A stretch of 63,773 nucleotides of DNA, filler included, from Kondoa subrosea (lineage: Eukaryota), in NCBI GenBank assembly GCA_039545335.1. It is 11 parts of 9 records of this genome, joined end to end, with 100 filler letters (N's around TTAATTAATTAA, not from the genome) between each part and the next. Parts side by side here need not be neighbours in the genome. Positions count along the whole stretch, not along the records: positions 58,528 to 61,217 come from BCIN01000016.1; positions 61,318 to 63,773 come from BCIN01000017.1; 9 more parts are not named here. One strand, written 5' to 3'. The notes beneath the pieces were generated by a model. That model saw only the letters and a list, made by a program, of their open reading frames with translations, did no database searches and was not told where the DNA came from. Below, in pieces: positions 58,528 through 63,773 of this stretch (position 1 is the first letter of the stretch; every line of letters starts with the position of its first letter). The position numbers were made by a program, and so were the translations under genes.

Positions 58528-61217
58528 AGTCGCTGGCCGCATCTACAAGATGTTGTCTCTCGGTCTCGGTATTGAACTCGATCAACCTTCTTCAGCGGCA
58601 GCAGAAGATGATGATGAACCACCAGCGCTTGAAGAAGCTGGAGGCGCACCTGCTTCAGGCGATCTTGAAGACATTGATTAGTTGAAAAGAGAGTAGAAAA
58701 GGGTAGTAGTTTGGGTTCAGTCATCGTTGTGTAATTAGAAGAGCAGATTGGATGCCGCAAAATATGAAATGCTTTGCTCAGCATCTAGACAGACCACAGA
58801 TAACCTTCTTTTGGCTCGTTACGGCTTGAAAAAAGCAACATCGTATCTTCTTGTATTGGCTGAGGCAAGCCGTCTCATCACACGATTTACATTGCGTAAT
58901 CTTTTCTTTTCTTTGCTCGTTCAATTGCATAGAAGCTATTGCTACACCGCAGAATCGTACAGAACCGAGTTGCGTGGACTGCTGCGATACAATCAGCCGA
59001 ACAGACGATCAATTAGAGCTGACACCTACTTTGAGTTGATCGAATAATCGGAGAAACGCTTGCCAAATCGAGGACTTGTTCCAGCAGCAGAGTAAGATCC
59101 AGCTAGAGTAGGACTCGAGCATGTCTACAATCGATCAGCTTGCTACAGCTGAGACCCTAACAAGAAGAAACTCACCGAATCTAATCGCATTGAAGCAGAT
59201 GAATCTGGTTTCTCCTCAACTGACAAGACGATGGCTCGAATGATCCAATTGGCTAGACCGAAACTATGACAGAGTTGAAACATCAGTTTCGAGCCAGAAA
59301 AGCGCAGGCTTCGACGTACACCGCCCCCACAGCTATAGCGCAACTCCAAACTGTTTCTTTGAATGGCCTTGGCTTCCGCTGGCAGGTTTGGCACTGAAAG
59401 TGTACGTCTGGAAGAGGAACAAGCTCGCGCATGAAGTCTTGCTGAATGTGATCGGCGACAGTCTGGAAGAGTCGACCCAGAGCTTGTAATGCCGGATCGT
59501 TCTGTCCCTCAAACGGGTCATCTGTGAGCACCGCCTTAGCAAATAAGTCGCGTACAAGGGCCATGACTTGCCTGGAGCACCATTACCGACACACGGAGCA
59601 CCTAGCGAGAGATATTAGCAATACTAGATCCGAAGGCGAGACACTGAAGCACCTTGAGCGTTGTCCTGCTGACACATCAGCTGCCCAGAACCGATGCTAG
59701 AGGAACTACAAGACGCACACTCATATAAGCGTACGTTGTCGACCCATTGACATGCCCAATCTCAAACCCGTCAATATCTTGATCAACGCATTTCTTGCCG
59801 CTCTGTTTCAATGTTACTACCGCACGTCTGATTTCCCAATAGAGTGGATCAGCAGCAGGTCCTCTTCCGAGATCGTGAGGTGAAAGGACGAGCGAATTAG
59901 CGAACAGTTCTTGTCCCATGAAGGTTGAATGAGGTTGAGAACCGGGTCGTATATCATGGCATACATAAGTCATGCGAAAATTGACTTCTGGTGTCTGCCA
60001 AGCCGAAGACGATGAACGAGATTCGAATTGTTGTAACGGATAGACTCACACTCAAAGGATTGCCTTTCACCTGCAAGTTGGACGCATCTTGCAAGGTGCA
60101 GTTGGATAAGACTGCACTTGTTCGAGCTGGATCATCATAGATAGAAGCTGCAGTAGCTGTGTACCTAAAAGTGCTCTTGCTGGTGGAGAACAGTTGACCA
60201 GGCAGGATATCGGTCGCATTGCATTGATCAAGCGAGAAAGGTCGACTGACACCATTGGTATAATAGGACCAGGGATCGCATACAACCTTTTAGAGACAGG
60301 ATTCAGCCCTTTACAGTCAGCTTGGACCCAGAGCATGAGCTGACTTGAAATCCTTTAGACCAGATTGTAAAAGTAACTGTGGTAGTGAGAACTGTAGCTA
60401 GAGCTGCCCAAGCTGCCAGAGAAGTCTTAGCAGAAAGAATTCTCTCCTCTGGTACGGTATATTTCCAACGCAGAAACATTTTAGGCTTTGCACAATTAGC
60501 ACAGGCAGGGTATGGTTACGAAGACTGCATATGAGAAGAAGGGAGGCAGAGCAAGACACGATGCGCTGGATCTTCTCAGCCATTCGAATCTTGTCCTCTT
60601 GTCCTCTTGTTTAGCAAGACAATAGGTACAATAATGCATTGCCTAGGCAGAACAGCAGCACAGTGGGTCTGCGTGAATGCACAGAGCTACTATTGCAGCA
60701 TGTATTTGTGTTGTTGGTGCATAAGCAAGGAGGTAAGCAGTACTGCACAATAGTATAGCGATACTACCTTGACTCGCCGCCGCTGTCTGTTCTCCCTCTC
60801 CCTTCTGCATACAGGCTCTCAGATCGAACAGTGTTTCCAAATATGCCAGGCCATCCCATAGGTGAGACCAGTCACGCGACAGCAGTAGTCGCACTTCTTG
60901 CGCTGCCCCTCGATCGAGCACGCCTATCCAACCCAAGCTGAGATACATAGCACAGATAAAAGACACGGATGCGGATGCTCGAAACCATGAAGTCTAGTTT
61001 ATCTCGATGGCTTGGCAAAGCATTTCATATTTTGCAGTATCCAATCTGCTCTTCTAATTACACAACGATGACTGAACCCAAACTACTACCCTTTTCAACT
61101 CTACAACTAATCAATGTCTTCGAGATCGCCTGAAGCAGGTGCGCCTCCAGCTTCTTCAAGCGCTGGTGGTTCATCATCATCTTCTGCTGCCGCTGAAGAA
61201 GGTTGATCGAGTTCAAT
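58528..61217. other. Reverse-complement duplicate of contig 55738-58427 (Hsp90 tails at 58529-58681(+) and 61107-61217(-))
   Basis: Mirror ORF set, same length (2690 nt). Confidence 0.93.
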
Positions 61218-61689
61218 NNNNNNNNNNNNNNNNNNNNNNNNNNNNNNNNNNNNNNNNNNNNTTAATTAATTAANNNNNNNNNNNNNNNNNNNNNNNNNNN
61301 NNNNNNNNNNNNNNNNNGCTCGTGTCTGCTTGCAGATCATGAAGCGTAGCCTCCAAAGCGCGTCGTCAAACGTTGCAGATTCATGTGATCATGTGTTCAT
61401 ACGGTTTCTCACCAAGCAGCTCTCTTCCTTTTTCTGGGACGGCCATCAATATTCCAGGCGAACGCGATACCACTCAGCTGCTCTATATATCCTCTATCAT
61501 CCATACCCCGTTTCCTATCTTCTTGCCTTGACATAACACTCGACCAGAAAAGTAAACAACAATCGCCGGAAGAATCCTGGCTCCAAGGCATCGCAATAGA
61601 CAAGCTGCCACCCCATTCGCAAGAACGCTTCTTCCCTGTCTTTCATCCTCAACTGCTACTGGTGGCTCACTGTCCCTTCATCAAAAGAT

Positions 61690-63773
61690 ATGACTATCAC
61701 AACAGACTCCCTGTCCCAGTCCACTCCCATGAAACCGTCAACGCATACTAGCTGGCAGCGACAGGTTTACAGTCAGACTCGGACGGATGAAAATGAGCCC
61801 CCAGAAGAGGGAAAGTTTCGTTCACATCTGACCAAGTATGCTAGCTTCGCGCACTTATTAGATGGCCTTCGTCAACGTGGACTCGTTGAAGAGAAGCCGC
61901 TGTCATCCTCTTCACAAGCTATATCTGGTCCGTTCGAAGACGACCTTACAATAGTGGATGATCTGCAAGATCTTGCAGATGTGTGCAAAATCTTGCAAGA
62001 TCTTGCAGCAACGGAATCTAGAGAGGAAGAATTTGGTACGAAGCTGAACGAAATACTAGGGCGATGCACATCTGTCAGTGGTCCCCTGATGAGCCGAAAA
62101 GCACATCTTGCTGATGGAAATACAGCAAAAATGGGGATTGCTTAGTCGATGGCTCGACTATAGTCAAAAGGATACGCCTCTTCCTCACACAAGCCATAGC
62201 GATGTAAACCGAAAGTGCGACTTCGTCATCCGCGATTTGAATTCTAACGAGCCCAATACCTGGATGAACATCCATGCCTTTGGCGAATTGACGGCCGAAC
62301 CTATCTCTAATGTTTCTCGAAGCCTCGACGCTCCTAAAAACCAGCTCAAGTCAAAGCATCTTCAACTTTTCAACAATATGAGAGTAGGCTTGTTACATAG
62401 ACGTCAGTGCTTCCACTTGTACTTGTCACTGCGTCTCGATAGCTGATGCTGATCTCTATAGCATTCAACACACACATTATGGGTTTTGGATTCAGCCAGA
62501 ATGAGCAAAATGAAAAGGCCTCGAAAACAACTACTTTCTTTTTGGCCTGCTTGACGAGAGAAGACCTCATGTTTTTCGAAGTCGACCATTGTTTTGGCAC
62601 GCAAGACAAGCTGCATCAAGTTCTACAAGCTCTGTTTTTCCTCTGCTCCGCGCCTCATCAAGATCTGCATGGGCCAATTCAAGTCAACAAACTGCAGAAC
62701 TTCATGCAATTCGAGTGCGGGCTACCAAAAGAAGAAGATGACCGTCCAGCTATGGAAGGAAAATGGACAAATATATCTACTTCTGACTGCTTGCATGGGC
62801 TTCCTCCGCTTGCTCGAAACTTACACGAATTCAACGGTTTCAGACTTTTTGGGCGAACAACGGCAGTTTACTTCGACGAATTATCTGCGTATAAAGTAGT
62901 CTGGCTACCTGAGGTTGTGGATTCGGAAGGCAATGATGTGATGGCGAAGGAAGTGGAGGTCATGCAAGTGCTCTGCGAGTATTTGCCGGACGACTTCCAG
63001 GATCGCATTCCAGTGTTGGGAGGATGGGCTCATGAGAAGCGAAGGAACATTGAGGAAGTGGCTCCTGGACAGCGCAAACAAGGTGTAGCTATAGCGAAAC
63101 GGCATATGTGGATCATTCGTATGTCGAAGGGAGACCTGATCAATCCCTCAAATGTACGCACGCTTGATGAACTGGTGGATCTCTGGGTGGACATCGATGC
63201 GAGTAAGTCCCTCCTCGCGTGCTTTTGATTTGTTACTCATGGTCTTGCTAGCCCTCAAAGAGTTTCACTTGATTGGAGTTGCGCATCGCGATATTTCACG
63301 CAGCAACATTCTTTGTCGACGTGCACCAGATGGAAAAACAGCGAGAAGCTTCATCATCGACTTCGATAACGCTGCTTACGTTAGCCGAACAACTGGATAT
63401 CGGAATTCGAGTGAAATGCAGATAAGTCAAAAGCCATCTATTACTGTGAGCAGACTCAAGTGCGTCAGGTCATTGCTGATGTATCTGTTTAATGCAGTTT
63501 ACGAGAGATTGTGTGCCATACGCCATTTACAAAGCTGGCCTCACCTACTTGTATCGGTTTCATATCAGGCAAGAAATGGAATCCGCACTCCACCTCTTCA
63601 TCCACATCTTGATGCGGTTCTTCTTTCCTTCAAAAGGGCAAGCGAAAGACGACCCTCTAGCTGCGCGCAAACCAGGCCCATACAACCTTCGCAAGACGCC
63701 GTCACAGAAAACGGACACCTCCTCAACAGCGCGTTCGGTGTCACAGCTTGGCGACAGCCTGCACACCGGACAA
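61690..63773 (+). CDS. Fungal-type protein kinase (FunK1/Pkinase_fungal), 3' partial
   Basis: Introns 62074-62125, 62403-62461, about 63202-63251 and about 63446-63497 join exons with KCDFVI, WMNIHAFGEL, RPFNTHIMGF, LFGRTT..Y, HRDISRSNIL, IIDFDNA. Confidence 0.85.

Noticed and set aside
55738..61217. Apparent 5.5-kb palindrome, or a TIR transposon or linear plasmid
   Set aside because: The second half is the reverse complement of the first across a linker; the terminal inverted repeats encode Hsp90 tails and no transposase or polymerase is present
1..63773. Numerous 60-150-aa six-frame ORFs; tRNA/rRNA genes; alternative genetic code
   Set aside because: The short ORFs are antisense or off-frame shadows or exon pieces; no RNA gene was recognised by eye; housekeeping genes translate normally with the standard code once introns are removed

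Overview
Eukaryotic fungal DNA, basidiomycete-like by gene content and short 45-65 nt GT-AG introns. It is not a continuous locus: 11 contigs are joined by artificial 100-nt spacers (N-run/TTAATTAATTAA/N-run). Contents: (i) two transposon-graveyard contigs (1-5350, 15387-24673) with decayed Ty1/copia elements and at least five families of nested short solo LTRs; (ii) a very compact housekeeping contig (24774-45931: TAH18/NDOR1, NOC2, Msb1/Mug8-like, METTL14/KAR4-like, ERG8, a micro-exon KGG-type protein, ARC15, DUF202, WBP1); (iii) partial SEC20, NCA2, arylsulfatase, PIF1-like and fungal FunK1 kinase genes; (iv) a young 4.8-kb copia element reported twice; (v) a 2.7-kb contig, reported in both orientations, bounded by the 3' ends of two convergent near-identical HSP90 genes. 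The best lead is the young copia element. Its gag-PR-IN ORF and RT-RNaseH ORF are in different frames and meet at AUA-UAG inside a predicted hairpin, with matching AUA landing codons in the RT frame. This is a candidate programmed recoding site at an unusual position, though a plain indel is not excluded. All calls are by eye from motifs, no searches were run, and exon limits are approximate.
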